This document shows positions 9,230 to 18,683 of a DNA stretch of 49,116 nucleotides, one piece after another. The DNA comes from Acidimicrobiales bacterium. Lineage in GTDB: Bacteria; Actinomycetota; Acidimicrobiia; Acidimicrobiales; VFJN01. The notes beneath the pieces are model-generated. The model searched no databases. It saw only the letters and a list, made by a program, of their open reading frames with translations, and had not been told where the DNA came from. The stretch covers positions 1 to 49,116 of the forward strand of contig JBKJIL010000276.1 in assembly GCA_046598435.1 (NCBI GenBank), given 5' to 3'. A program made the position numbers and the translations under genes. Positions within the stretch are counted from its first letter, which is position 1; every line of letters starts with the position of its first letter.

Positions 9230-10461
9230 TGGCGGTGCTCACGGCGATGACGATGCCAGTGGTGGAGCCGGAGATCCCCGATGCCCGCGATCCGGCCATG
9301 GCGGCCGCCTTCACGGAGCTGCTGGCGGCGCTCGTGGCCCCTCCCTCGGTCGGGACGACGACCCCGACACCGGTCGCGGTCGATCCGACCGCCGTGCCGC
9401 GCACCGCTGTGGCAGTGGCAGTGGACATGCCGGGCGACGTCCCCGGCAGCACCCCGGCCCGTTCGGCCGATCGACCAGCCGCCGCTGACATCCCGGCGAC
9501 CGACGAGGCCCCCGGACGCCTGATGGCCCCCTCCCCAGAACCGGACGTGGGCGAGCCCCTCGACGCCGCGACGAGCGGGTCGAGATCGACCGTGCCCCGG
9601 CTGCCGGCGCCTCCTGCGCTCGCCCACGCCGCGGAGAACGCGCACCTGCCCACGCTGGAGGGGCCCACGGCGCAAGGACCCCCGGCCAGCCGGCCGTTCG
9701 GGCCTGCCCCGGCGGCGGGGGACCGGCCCGCGCCTGCGCTCCACACCGCAGCGCCAGCGCCCCACCCCCGGACCGCCGCCACCCGTGCTCCCGGCGACTC
9801 CGACCCCGGCCCCGGCCCCATCGACCCGGCTCCCGTCGGCCCCGACCATGGACTCGGCCTGGGGAGGGTGACCGCCGCCGGCCGAGCGGGTTCCGCCGAA
9901 GACGACGCCCACGGTGCTGAGGATCGGGCGAAAACAGGGGGTGGGCCGTCGCCTGCCGCCCCCGCCGTGGGCCGACCCCACGACGCCTTCGAGGCTCTCG
10001 TCACCGCGCCGGCCGAGGCCATGGCCCCCGCCGGCGTCCAGACGCTGGAACGGGTGCTGGCCGCCCAGCTCGTCGAACGGGTGGGCGCCCTGCGCCACGA
10101 CCCCGACGGTGACTACGAGCTCAGCCTCGAGCTCGAACCCGCCGACCTCGGGCGCCTGGAGCTGCGGGTGCGCCTCGAGGGAGGCGTCGTCCATGTGCAC
10201 GTAGGCGCCGACTCCTCGGCCACCCACGATCTCCTGCGGCGGTCGTTGCCCGAGCTCCGGGACGCGCTGATGGAGTCGGGCCTGTCGGCCGGCTCGCTCG
10301 GTGTCGGGACGCGTGACCATGCCGCGGGGGGCGGGCCCGGCCCCGACGGCCAGAGCTTCCCGCGCCCCACCGCCCCCGAACCCATGCCTCCCTCCCGGCT
10401 CACCAGCCGGCTCGCTCCCATCCACCCCGGCGCCGACGGCGGCGTCGACGTCCTCCTCTGA
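9220..10461 (+). CDS. fliK: Flagellar hook-length control protein FliK
   Basis: Pro/Ala-rich central region and a C-terminal Flg_hook-like domain (YELSLELEPADLGRLELRVRLEGGVVHVHVGADSSATHDLLRRSLPELRDAL). Located before flgD. Confidence 0.75.
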   Translation: MELMAVLTAMTMPVVEPEIPDARDPAMAAAFTELLAALVAPPSVGTTTPTPVAVDPTAVPRTAVAVAVDMPGDVPGSTPARSADRPAAADIPATDEAPGRLMAPSPEPDVGEPLDAATSGSRSTVPRLPAPPALAHAAENAHLPTLEGPTAQGPPASRPFGPAPAAGDRPAPALHTAAPAPHPRTAATRAPGDSDPGPGPIDPAPVGPDHGLGLGRVTAAGRAGSAEDDAHGAEDRAKTGGGPSPAAPAVGRPHDAFEALVTAPAEAMAPAGVQTLERVLAAQLVERVGALRHDPDGDYELSLELEPADLGRLELRVRLEGGVVHVHVGADSSATHDLLRRSLPELRDALMESGLSAGSLGVGTRDHAAGGGPGPDGQSFPRPTAPEPMPPSRLTSRLAPIHPGADGGVDVLL

Positions 10462-10474
10462 GGAGGCCCTCCCC

Positions 10475-10885
10475 ATGCCCATCGATCCGACCAGCGCCAC
10501 TGGCTCCGCCACGACGCTGCCGACCGCCATGCCGACCGCCAAGGACCAGCTCGGCACCGACACGTTCCTCAACCTGCTCGTCGCCCAGCTCAAGTACCAG
10601 AACCCGATGAGTCCGAGCGATGGCACCGAGTTCCTCGCCCAGACCGCCCAGTTCACCATGGTCGAGAAGCTCACCGAGCTCACCGAGCAGTCGAAGCGCC
10701 TCCTCACCGACAACCAGTCGCTGGCCGCCGCCTCGCTGCTCGGCAAGACCGTCAGCTGGGCCGACGCCGACGGCACCATCCAGCACGGCACCGTCACCTC
10801 GGCCGCCTTCGGCTCCGAGGGCGCGACGGTCGTCGTCGGCGAGCAGAAGATCCCGTTCACCCAGATCCGCGACGTCAGCGCCTGA
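10475..10885 (+). CDS. flgD: Flagellar hook capping/assembly protein FlgD
   Basis: ATG 10475 is preceded by AGGAGG (10461-10466). Motif DTFLNLLVAQLKYQNPMSPSDGTEFLAQTAQFTMVEK. Confidence 0.9.
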   Translation: MPIDPTSATGSATTLPTAMPTAKDQLGTDTFLNLLVAQLKYQNPMSPSDGTEFLAQTAQFTMVEKLTELTEQSKRLLTDNQSLAAASLLGKTVSWADADGTIQHGTVTSAAFGSEGATVVVGEQKIPFTQIRDVSA

Positions 10886-10913
10886 CGCCGCTCCCAAGAA
10901 AGCAGGAACCACC

Positions 10914-12143
10914 ATGCTCCGTTCGATGTTCTCCGGTGTCTCCGGTCTCCGCAGCCACCAGACCATGGTCGACGTGATCGGCAACAACATCGCCAACGTC
11001 AACACCTTCGGCTTCAAGTCCAGCACCGTCATGTTCCAGGACCTGCTGAGCCAGGTGCTCAGCGGGGCCGGCGTGCCCACCGGCACGGCCGGCGGCACCA
11101 ACCCCGCCCAGGTCGGCCTCGGCGTGAAGGTGGCCGGCGTGTCCACGTCGTTCACCCAGGGCGCCTCCCAGCTCACGGGCCGGGCCACCGACCTGTCCAT
11201 CCAGGGCGACGGGTTCTTCGTCGTGCGCCAAGGGGCCGAGACCCTCTTCACCCGGGCCGGGGCCCTGTCCTTCGATGCCGCCGGCCGACTCGTGTCGCCC
11301 GACGGCGCCATCGTCCAGGGTTGGCTGGCCGACGCCACCGGTGGCATCAACACCAACGCTGCCGCTGGCGACCTGTCGATGCCCCTCGGCCAGAGCCTCG
11401 CTCCCTCGGCCACCTCGACGATGCAGCTCGGTGGCAACCTCGATGCGAGCACGCCCCTCAACCAGGCCATCGTCACCGCCATCACGGTGTACGACCAGCT
11501 CGGCAGCCCGATCTCCGTGTCGGGCAGCTTCACCCGCACGGGTCCCAACACCTGGGACTTCGCGGTCGACACCGACGGCGACGGCACCTTCGAGCCGGTG
11601 GGTGCCCTGGCCTTCGACGGCACCACAGGGGCCCTGACCTCTCCCAACCCGACGTTCAGCATGCTCACCGGCAGCTTCGCCGGGCCGGTGACCGTGGACT
11701 TCGGAGCTGCGGGCACGCCCAACGCCCTCGTGCAGTACGCCGGGCCGAGCTCGGTGGCCGCGCTGTCGCAGGACGGCTACGCCTTGGGCGCCCTGCAGAG
11801 CTTCACCATCGGCCAGGACGGGGTCGTCACGGGCGTCTTCTCCAACGGACGCAACCGTCCCCTGGGCCAGATCGCCCTGGCCGGGTTCACCAACCCGATG
11901 GGCCTCGAGAAGGCCGGCGGCTCGCTGTTCCGACCCACGGTGAACTCAGGTCTCGCCAGCGTCGGGGTGGCCGGCAGCGGCGGCCGCGGCACGCTCCTCG
12001 GGTCGACCCTGGAGATGTCCAACGTGGACCTGGCCCGTGAGTTCACCAACCTGATCATCGCCCAGCGCGGCTTCCAGGCGAACTCCCGGGTGATCACCGC
12101 CAGCGACGAGCTCCTCCAGGACCTCGTCAACCTCAAGCGATAG
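10914..12143 (+). CDS. flgE: Flagellar hook protein FlgE
   Basis: MLRSMFSGVSGLRSHQTMVDVIGNNIANVNTFGFK at the N-terminus and LEMSNVDLAREFTNLIIAQRGFQANSRVI at the C-terminus. Confidence 0.93.
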   Translation: MLRSMFSGVSGLRSHQTMVDVIGNNIANVNTFGFKSSTVMFQDLLSQVLSGAGVPTGTAGGTNPAQVGLGVKVAGVSTSFTQGASQLTGRATDLSIQGDGFFVVRQGAETLFTRAGALSFDAAGRLVSPDGAIVQGWLADATGGINTNAAAGDLSMPLGQSLAPSATSTMQLGGNLDASTPLNQAIVTAITVYDQLGSPISVSGSFTRTGPNTWDFAVDTDGDGTFEPVGALAFDGTTGALTSPNPTFSMLTGSFAGPVTVDFGAAGTPNALVQYAGPSSVAALSQDGYALGALQSFTIGQDGVVTGVFSNGRNRPLGQIALAGFTNPMGLEKAGGSLFRPTVNSGLASVGVAGSGGRGTLLGSTLEMSNVDLAREFTNLIIAQRGFQANSRVITASDELLQDLVNLKR

Positions 12144-12158
12144 CACCCGGCGACTAAA

Positions 12159-12188
12159 GCCCCTCCGATCCCCGCCGATCGGAGGGGC
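12159..12188 (+). terminator. Stem-loop after flgE (attenuator or mRNA-stabilising hairpin)
   Basis: Perfect 12-bp inverted repeat GCCCCTCCGATC / GATCGGAGGGGC with a 6-nt loop, 16 nt after the flgE stop. No U-tract follows. Confidence 0.4.
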
Positions 12189-12238
12189 ACGTCGACCACG
12201 GATGCGTCGACGGGGCACTCCAAGGACGGAACCCGACC

Positions 12239-12490
12239 ATGATTGCGCTGACCCGACTGAACGGCACCCGCTTCGCCGTCAACTCCGATCTCATCGAACG
12301 GATCGACGCGTCGCCGGACACCGTCATCACGCTCATCGACGGCACGAAGTACCTCGTGATCGAAACGATCGACGACGTGATCAACGCGGTGCGCGCCTTC
12401 CGGGCCTCCGTGGTGGCCACCTCCGGCCAAGACCCCATCACCTCCGCGCCATCGACCTTGCGGATCGTCGCCGCCTCTGAGGACGCCTGA
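12239..12490 (+). CDS. flbD: Flagellar protein FlbD
   Basis: 83 aa, MIALTRLNGTRFAVNSDLIERIDASPDTVITLIDGTKYLVIETIDDV. Typical position before motA in Gram-positive and spirochaete operons. Confidence 0.85.
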   Translation: MIALTRLNGTRFAVNSDLIERIDASPDTVITLIDGTKYLVIETIDDVINAVRAFRASVVATSGQDPITSAPSTLRIVAASEDA

Positions 12491-12491
12491 C

Positions 12492-13268
12492 ATGGACATC
12501 GCCAGCCTCGTCGGCGTCGGCATCGCCCTCGCCGCGGTCTTCATCTCGATGATCATGGAAGGCGGCAACCCGGCCTCCATCATCCTCCCCCCCGCCATGC
12601 TGATCGTGTTCGGCGGCACCATCGGCGTGACGATGGCCACCGGCATGATGAAGGACTTCACCGGGTCCATGGGCGCCGTGGTGCGTGCCTTCACGGGCAA
12701 GCCGGGCGATCCCGAGCAGTCGATCACCACCGTGGTGGCGTTTGCCGAGACAGCCCGCCGGGAGGGGCTGCTCGCCCTCGAGGAGGCGGCCAAGTCCATC
12801 GACGACCCGTTCATGCGCAAGGGCATCGAGCTGGCCGTGGACGGCACCGACCCCGACGAGCTCCGGGAGATCCTCGAGGCGGAGATCCTCTCGAAGAAGC
12901 ACCACGACAAGATCGCCACCAAGTTCTTCGGCGACATGGGCGCCTTCTCGCCCACCCTGGGCATCATCGGCACCGTCCTCGGCCTGATCCACGTGCTGGA
13001 GAACCTGTCCGACCCCGACAAGCTCGGCCACCTCATCGCCGGCGCCTTCGTCGCCACGCTGTGGGGCGTGCTGTCGGCCAACGTGTTCTGGCTGCCCATC
13101 AGCAAGAAGCTGGCCCGCCTCGGCGATCTCGAGGCAAAGCACATGGAGCTCGTGCTCGAAGGCGTCCTGTCGGTGCAAGCCGGGGCCAACCCCCGCATCG
13201 TCGAGCAGAAGCTGCTGTCGTTCCTCGCTCCGGGCGAGCGACCCGAGCCCAGCGACAAGGCGGCCTGA
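12492..13268 (+). CDS. motA: Flagellar stator protein MotA
   Basis: 258 aa multi-TM protein with a conserved C-terminal region (GIIGTVLGLIHVL...AFVATLWGVLSANVFWLPI). Confidence 0.92.
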   Translation: MDIASLVGVGIALAAVFISMIMEGGNPASIILPPAMLIVFGGTIGVTMATGMMKDFTGSMGAVVRAFTGKPGDPEQSITTVVAFAETARREGLLALEEAAKSIDDPFMRKGIELAVDGTDPDELREILEAEILSKKHHDKIATKFFGDMGAFSPTLGIIGTVLGLIHVLENLSDPDKLGHLIAGAFVATLWGVLSANVFWLPISKKLARLGDLEAKHMELVLEGVLSVQAGANPRIVEQKLLSFLAPGERPEPSDKAA

Positions 13269-13269
13269 C

Positions 13270-14055
13270 GTGGCCGCACGACGGGTGCGCCACGAGGAGC
13301 ACGAGGAGCACGAGAACCACGAGCGCTGGCTCATCACCTACGCCGACATGATCACCCTGCTCATGGTGCTGTTCATCGTGCTGTTCTCGATCTCCCAGGT
13401 GGACCTGGCCAAGTTCGAGAAGTTCAAGGCGGGGCTCAGCGAGTTCGGCAACGGCAACGACTCGCTCATCCAGCTCCACGAAGGCGGACTGCTCACCGCC
13501 CCGCAGCTGGCCCAGCTCACCCGGGCCGAAGCCGCGCTCACCGAGAAGCAGGCGCTGGCCAAGGCCACCCAAGCCGAGAACGCCGCCCTGACCGGCGCCC
13601 AGGAGCGCATCACCGAAGACCTGCGACTGGCCGGCCTCGAAGGGGTGGCTCACTTCCGCCTCGAGGAGCGTGGCCTCGTCGTCACCATCGTCACCGATCG
13701 GGTGCTGTTCGAGCCGGGCTCCGATGTGCTGACCACTGACGGCGGCGCCGTCGTCGACGTGATCTCCGACGCTCTGGCGCCGCTGCCCAACCTGCTCTCC
13801 ATCGAGGGGCACACCGATTCCACGCCGATCGCCACCGCTCGCTTCCCGTCCAACTGGGAGCTCTCGACGGCCCGGGCCACCTCCGTGCTCCGGGCCCTCG
13901 CCGAGCGCCACGCCGTCGCCGCCGGACGCCTGTCGGCCGCGGGGTACGCCGACCAGCGGCCCCTGGCCGACAACGACACGGCGGCCGGCCGGTCCACCAA
14001 CCGACGAGTCGAGATCGTCGTCCACTCCACGATCACCGCAGGCGAGGAGGCCTGA
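13270..14055 (+). CDS. motB: Flagellar stator protein MotB (OmpA-like peptidoglycan-binding domain)
   Basis: WLITYADMITLLMVLFIVLF plug/TM with the conserved Asp. OmpA-like C-terminus (IEGHTDSTPI...NWELSTARATSV...NRRVEIVV). Confidence 0.9.
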   Translation: MAARRVRHEEHEEHENHERWLITYADMITLLMVLFIVLFSISQVDLAKFEKFKAGLSEFGNGNDSLIQLHEGGLLTAPQLAQLTRAEAALTEKQALAKATQAENAALTGAQERITEDLRLAGLEGVAHFRLEERGLVVTIVTDRVLFEPGSDVLTTDGGAVVDVISDALAPLPNLLSIEGHTDSTPIATARFPSNWELSTARATSVLRALAERHAVAAGRLSAAGYADQRPLADNDTAAGRSTNRRVEIVVHSTITAGEEA

Positions 14056-14058
14056 ACC

Positions 14059-14565
14059 ATGGGCAAGAAGCAGAAGGCAGCAGCGTCGGACGACGAGGCG
14101 GCGGCCGGCAAGTCCGGGAAGCTGAAGACGATCGGCCTGGCCGCGGGCTTCGCGGTCCTGGGCGCTGTCGTCGGCCCCAAGCTCCTCGGGGGCGGCGCGG
14201 CCCCTGCGGGCGCCACCGAGGACACCACGACCACGACGGCCCCAGGGCCCGTGATCGTCCTCGATGCCGTCACCCTCAACCTGGCCGACGGCCATCTCCT
14301 CCAGGTGGGGCTGGCGCTCGAGCTGGCCCCCGATGCAGAGGCTGGTGGAGGTGCCCATGGGGCGCCGGTCGACGAGAACGACCCGACCAAGGGCTACGCC
14401 AAGGCCATCGACGAGACCATCGATGTGTTCGGCGGCCAGTCGGTGGCGTCGTTGACCGCTCCAGGTGGCCGCGAGGTGGCCAAGGCGGCGCTCGAGGAGC
14501 AGCTCGACGAGCTGTACCACGGCGGGATCGTGGGGGTGTACTTCCATCAGTTCGTGATGCAGTAG
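14059..14565 (+). CDS. fliL: Flagellar basal-body-associated protein FliL
   Basis: Lys-rich N-terminus, a single TM segment, then a FliL-like domain (LDAVTLNLADGHLLQVGLALEL). Confidence 0.8.
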   Translation: MGKKQKAAASDDEAAAGKSGKLKTIGLAAGFAVLGAVVGPKLLGGGAAPAGATEDTTTTTAPGPVIVLDAVTLNLADGHLLQVGLALELAPDAEAGGGAHGAPVDENDPTKGYAKAIDETIDVFGGQSVASLTAPGGREVAKAALEEQLDELYHGGIVGVYFHQFVMQ

Positions 14566-14613
14566 ACGGCCGCCGCTCAAGTCGGCCCGATGCGGTCCGA
14601 TGGGGGTGCTCGC

Positions 14614-15576
14614 ATGAGCACTCACGTCGTGGACCCACTCCCCTATGACTTCCGTCGCCCGAACAAGTTCAACCGGGATCATGTGCGCGCCCTGCAGATC
14701 GTCGGCGAGACGTTCGCGCGTCAGTTCACGACCGTGCTCTCGACCTCTCTGCGGACCGTCTCGCAGGTGCAGCTCGTGGCCGTCGGCCAGCTGACCTACG
14801 ACGAGTACGTCAGGGAGACGCCCAACCCCACCTTCCTCGCCGCCCTCTCCCTCGAACCGCTGCCGGGATCGTCGCTCCTGCACATCCCGCTCCAGGTCGT
14901 GATGGCCATGGTCGACCGCTTCCTCGGGGGCACCGGAGAGGGCGAGACGCCAGAGCGCCCGCTCACCGAGATCGAAGCCGGTCTCGTGCGCAACCTGCTC
15001 GATCGGGTCCTCCACGAGCTGGCCTACGCCTTCGAGCCCCTGACACCGATCGCCCCCCGCATCCTGCAGTTCGAGTCGAACCCGCAGTTCGCGCAGATCA
15101 CCTCGAGCACGGACATGGTGATCACCCTCGACTTCGACGTGAGCGTCGGGGCCCAGGGCGGACGAGCGAGCCTGTGCGTGCCCTTCGCCTCGCTCCAGCC
15201 CGTGCTCGAGGAGGTGTCCAGCACCGCCATGCACGCCAGCCGCGCTGCGGTCGACGCCGATGCGCTGCGCAGGGCCATGAAGATCTCCCTCGATGACGCC
15301 CCCGTGGAGGTCAGCGTGCGGTTCAAGTCCGTCAACCTGTCGTCGGCGGAGATCGTCGACCTCCGGCCAGGGGACGTCGTGCCGCTGGATCACCACGTCG
15401 CGGTGCCCCTCACGGTGTCGATCGCCGGCGTCGACTGCTTCGCCGCCCGCCCGGGCCAACGAGGCCGCCGACTGGCCTGCCTGCTCATCGACGCCGAGGG
15501 CACCGAGCTGCCCGCCGATCCGCTCGCCGCTGCGCTCGCTGCGCTCGGCGCCTCTCACCCGGAGACCTCCGCATGA
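14614..15576 (+). CDS. fliM: Flagellar motor switch protein FliM
   Basis: [29 protein letters not shown] and a C-terminal SpoA-type domain. ATG 14614 follows GGGGGTG. The ORF track starts at 14590. Confidence 0.9.
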   Translation: MSTHVVDPLPYDFRRPNKFNRDHVRALQIVGETFARQFTTVLSTSLRTVSQVQLVAVGQLTYDEYVRETPNPTFLAALSLEPLPGSSLLHIPLQVVMAMVDRFLGGTGEGETPERPLTEIEAGLVRNLLDRVLHELAYAFEPLTPIAPRILQFESNPQFAQITSSTDMVITLDFDVSVGAQGGRASLCVPFASLQPVLEEVSSTAMHASRAAVDADALRRAMKISLDDAPVEVSVRFKSVNLSSAEIVDLRPGDVVPLDHHVAVPLTVSIAGVDCFAARPGQRGRRLACLLIDAEGTELPADPLAAALAALGASHPETSA

Positions 15577-16340
15577 CCGTCACCGAGCCGCAGACCACCG
15601 ACACGCTGAGCCAGTACGTGCTGGCCGCCGCCGAGGCGTGCCGCGGTGCCATCTCCGGTGCCGAGGGCTGGACGGTCGAGCTGGCCGACCCCGGTGCTGC
15701 TCTCCCCGCGTCCGGGAGCCGCGTCGTGTCCGGACAGATCGGACCGACGACGATCCACTTCGTCGCCGACCCCGACCTGGCCCGGCACCTCCAGGTGGGT
15801 CCGCCGCCCGCTGACGATCTCGTCGAGGGCGTCCAACCGGCCTTCGAGGCCGCCGTCCTGGCGCTGGCGCCCGTGCTCGGCTCGACCGCCATCGGTCCGC
15901 TCGCCGAAGTCGACCCGACCGGTCTGGCCATCTCCGACGGGCACGATGTGGGCGTGGCGACCATGCACGCCGACGGCGTGCACCGAGCGACGCTGCTCGT
16001 TGCCGTGCCGACCACCGCGCCCGCCCCGACACCGGAAGCAGGGTTGCGCCTCGACCCGATGCCGGCGGGCCGGCTGGCCGCCGTACCCACCGGACTCGAG
16101 CTGCTCCACGACGTGGAGATGGGCGTGACCGCCGAGCTCGGCCGCACCCGCATGCTCGTCCGCGAGGTGCTCGAGCTCGTGCCGGGCTCGGTCATCGAGC
16201 TCGACCGAGCCGCCGGCAGCCCGGTGGACGTGCTCGTCAACGGCACCTTGATCGCACGCGGTGAGGTGGTGGTGATCGACGAAGAGTTCGGCATCCGCAT
16301 CACCGAGGTCGTGGGACACCAGGAGGACCGGACCCGCTAG
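15573..16340 (+). CDS. fliN: Flagellar motor switch protein FliN (long FliN/FliY-type form)
   Basis: C-terminal SpoA domain ([73 protein letters not shown]). ATGA overlap with fliM. Confidence 0.88.
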   Translation: MTVTEPQTTDTLSQYVLAAAEACRGAISGAEGWTVELADPGAALPASGSRVVSGQIGPTTIHFVADPDLARHLQVGPPPADDLVEGVQPAFEAAVLALAPVLGSTAIGPLAEVDPTGLAISDGHDVGVATMHADGVHRATLLVAVPTTAPAPTPEAGLRLDPMPAGRLAAVPTGLELLHDVEMGVTAELGRTRMLVREVLELVPGSVIELDRAAGSPVDVLVNGTLIARGEVVVIDEEFGIRITEVVGHQEDRTR

Positions 16341-16354
16341 GGGCCGTCGGCACC

Positions 16355-16750
16355 GTGGACATGTCGTTGTTCTCCCTCTTCTTCCGGCTGGTCGTGTCGC
16401 TGGGCGTCGTGCTCCTGATGGTGCGCCTCGCCGCGGGCCTGCTGCAGCGCTCCGGGGGAGGGGGTGGGCTCCGCCGGCGTCGCGGTCCGGCCGAGGTGGA
16501 GGTGCTGCTGCGCCAACCGGTGGGTCGGCGGGCGTCGATCAGCGTGGTGCGAGCCGGCAACCGCGCCCTCTTGCTCGGGATCACCGAGCACACGATCACC
16601 CTGTTGGCCGAGGACGACCCCGACGTCCTCGTGCCCCTTGCTCCCGAGACGCCACGGACGGCGTCTCCGGCGGATGGCCGAGCCTCCGCCAGCCCGGCAT
16701 GGACGGCAGTCGTCGACGCGTTGCGAGACCGCACCGTCCGGCGCTCCTGA
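16355..16750 (+). CDS. fliO: Flagellar biosynthesis protein FliO
   Basis: N-terminal TM (LFSLFFRLVVSLGVVLLMV) and a conserved core (SISVVRAGNRALLLGITEHTITLLAE). Located before fliP. Confidence 0.65.
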   Translation: MDMSLFSLFFRLVVSLGVVLLMVRLAAGLLQRSGGGGGLRRRRGPAEVEVLLRQPVGRRASISVVRAGNRALLLGITEHTITLLAEDDPDVLVPLAPETPRTASPADGRASASPAWTAVVDALRDRTVRRS

Positions 16751-16768
16751 CCCGCCGCCACCGCCCCC

Positions 16769-17620
16769 ATGCGCCCGTCCCCCTCAGCTGACGCGCCCGC
16801 GCGCGCCCGGCGGCTCTCCGGACTCCTCGCCCTCGTGATGATCGCCGTCCTCACCATCGGGCTCAGCGGACGAGGCGCCGAGGCCCAGGAGGCCCCGACC
16901 GCACCAACGCCACCCACGGTCCCCACCCCCGGCGCCCCGAGCGAACCCAACGACGCGTCGGTCACGCTCGAGCTCCCCGACGTGCAGGGCGCACCCAGCC
17001 AGAGCGTGCTGATCATCATCGGGCTGACCCTGCTCTCGGTGGCCCCGGCCCTGTTGATCATGGTCACCAGCTTCACCCGGATCGTGATCGTGCTCACCCT
17101 CACCCGCAACGCGCTCGGGCTGCAGGGGGTTCCCCCCAACCAGGTGCTGGCCGGGCTGGCGCTCTTCCTCAGCCTGTTCGTGATGGGTCCCACCCTCACC
17201 AAGGTCAACGAGAACGCGCTGCAACCACTGCTCGACGGTCAGATCTCGCAGGGCGAGGCCTGGGACGAGGCCGTGATCCCGATTCGAGGCTTCATGCTGG
17301 CGCAGGTGCGCGACGACGAGCTGGAGCTCTTCGTGTCGGCGTCCACCGACGAGCGGCCCGCCACCAAGGACGACGTCAGCCTCACGGCGCTGGTGCCCGC
17401 CTTCGTGCTCTCCGAGCTCAAGACAGCCTTCATCATCGGCTTCATCGTGTTCATCCCGTTCCTGGTGATCGACATCGTCGTCAGCTCTTCGCTGATGTCG
17501 ATGGGGATGATGATGCTCCCCCCCACCCTCGTCTCGCTCCCCTTCAAGCTCCTCTTGTTCGTGATGGTCGACGGGTGGGGCCTGGTGGTCAAGGCCCTCC
17601 TGACGTCCTTCTCCCCCTAG
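16769..17620 (+). CDS. fliP: Flagellar export gate protein FliP
   Basis: Signal peptide plus a Pro-rich linker, then TSFTRIVIVLTLTRNALGLQGVPPNQVL and FIIGFIVFIPFLVIDIVVSSSLMSMGMMMLPP. Confidence 0.93.
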   Translation: MRPSPSADAPARARRLSGLLALVMIAVLTIGLSGRGAEAQEAPTAPTPPTVPTPGAPSEPNDASVTLELPDVQGAPSQSVLIIIGLTLLSVAPALLIMVTSFTRIVIVLTLTRNALGLQGVPPNQVLAGLALFLSLFVMGPTLTKVNENALQPLLDGQISQGEAWDEAVIPIRGFMLAQVRDDELELFVSASTDERPATKDDVSLTALVPAFVLSELKTAFIIGFIVFIPFLVIDIVVSSSLMSMGMMMLPPTLVSLPFKLLLFVMVDGWGLVVKALLTSFSP

Positions 17621-17634
17621 CCCGTGAGGACCCC

Positions 17635-17904
17635 GTGAACGACAGCAACGTCATCGACATCGCCACCCAGACGCTCATCGTGGCGGCGAAGATCAGCGCT
17701 CCCATCCTCATCGTGACCTTGGCCCTGGGGCTGGCGGTCTCGCTCGTGCAGTCCGTCACCCAGGTGCAAGAGCACACCCTCACCTTCGTCCCCAAGCTGG
17801 CGGGTGTGGCCCTCGTGATCGTGGTGGCCGGCAACTGGATGCTGGCCGAGCTGATGGGCTTCACCACCCGGCTGTTCGACCTCATCCCCAGCTTGATCCG
17901 CTGA
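17635..17904 (+). CDS. fliQ: Flagellar export gate protein FliQ
   Basis: 89 aa from GTG 17635 (VIDIATQTLIVAAKISAPILIVTLALGLAVSLVQSVTQVQEHTLTFVPKL). Confidence 0.9.
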   Translation: MNDSNVIDIATQTLIVAAKISAPILIVTLALGLAVSLVQSVTQVQEHTLTFVPKLAGVALVIVVAGNWMLAELMGFTTRLFDLIPSLIR

Positions 17905-17912
17905 TCGATCCC

Positions 17913-18677
17913 ATGGGGCTGATGATCGACCCAGAGCTGGTGGCGGGCTACCTGCTGGCCCTCACGCGCACCATCGCCTGGGTGATGATCACGCCGCCCT
18001 TCGGCACCCGCATGATCTCGACACGGATCAAGGTCGGCATGGCCGCCGCCCTGACCCTCGCCGTGGGCTCCCGTCTACAGGATCAGGCCGTCGACCTCGA
18101 CGCGGCGGCGCTCCTGACCTCAGCCGCTGTGCAGGTGGCCATCGGGGTGGCGCTGGGGTTCATCGGCCTGCTCGTGTTCGCCGCCGTCCAGGCCGCCGGA
18201 GCGATGCTGGATCTCTTCGGCGGGTTCGCCATGGCGCAGATCCTCGATCCGCAGAGCAACGTGCAGACGAGCCTGTTCGGCCGCTTCTACAACCTGCTGG
18301 CCATCACCCTGTTGTTCTCGATCGGCGGGCACCTGCTGCTGATCCGGGGGCTCCTGCGCTCGTTCGACGCCGTTCCCGCCGCCGGCCTGCCCACCGGGGG
18401 CATGGCCCACATCCTCACCAACGACGTGGGCCTGCTGCTGGTCGCCGCCCTCGAGATCGCGGCCCCGCTGCTCGCCGCCCTCTTCCTGGCCGACGTGGCG
18501 CTGGGTCTGCTCAGCCGCGCCGCCCCCGAGATGCACGTGTTCGTGCTCGGCCTGCCCATCAAGATCCTGCTCACCCTCAGCCTCACCGGCCTGGCCCTGC
18601 CCCTCCTCCCCGGCGCGGTGGCATCGCTGGCCGACCGGATCGTGCGCGACAGCCTGAGCATCGTGGGCCTCGGGTAG
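17913..18677 (+). CDS. fliR: Flagellar export gate protein FliR
   Basis: 254 aa polytopic membrane protein with FliR-like motifs (LLALTRTIAWVMITPPFG..., AAPEMHVFVLGLPIKILL). Confidence 0.9.
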   Translation: MGLMIDPELVAGYLLALTRTIAWVMITPPFGTRMISTRIKVGMAAALTLAVGSRLQDQAVDLDAAALLTSAAVQVAIGVALGFIGLLVFAAVQAAGAMLDLFGGFAMAQILDPQSNVQTSLFGRFYNLLAITLLFSIGGHLLLIRGLLRSFDAVPAAGLPTGGMAHILTNDVGLLLVAALEIAAPLLAALFLADVALGLLSRAAPEMHVFVLGLPIKILLTLSLTGLALPLLPGAVASLADRIVRDSLSIVGLG

Positions 18678-18683
18678 GCCGCC

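Noticed and set aside
13099-15558. 819-aa minus-strand ORF
   Set aside because: It lies antisense to motA, motB, fliL and fliM, all of which have clear homology. The product is Arg/Gly/Asp-rich low complexity, typical of open antisense frames in very GC-rich DNA.
15573-16100. N-terminal 170 residues of the long FliN as a FliY-type CheC-like phosphatase domain
   Set aside because: No E-x2-N active-site motif is present in this region, so there is no support for phosphatase activity. It is called simply a long FliN.
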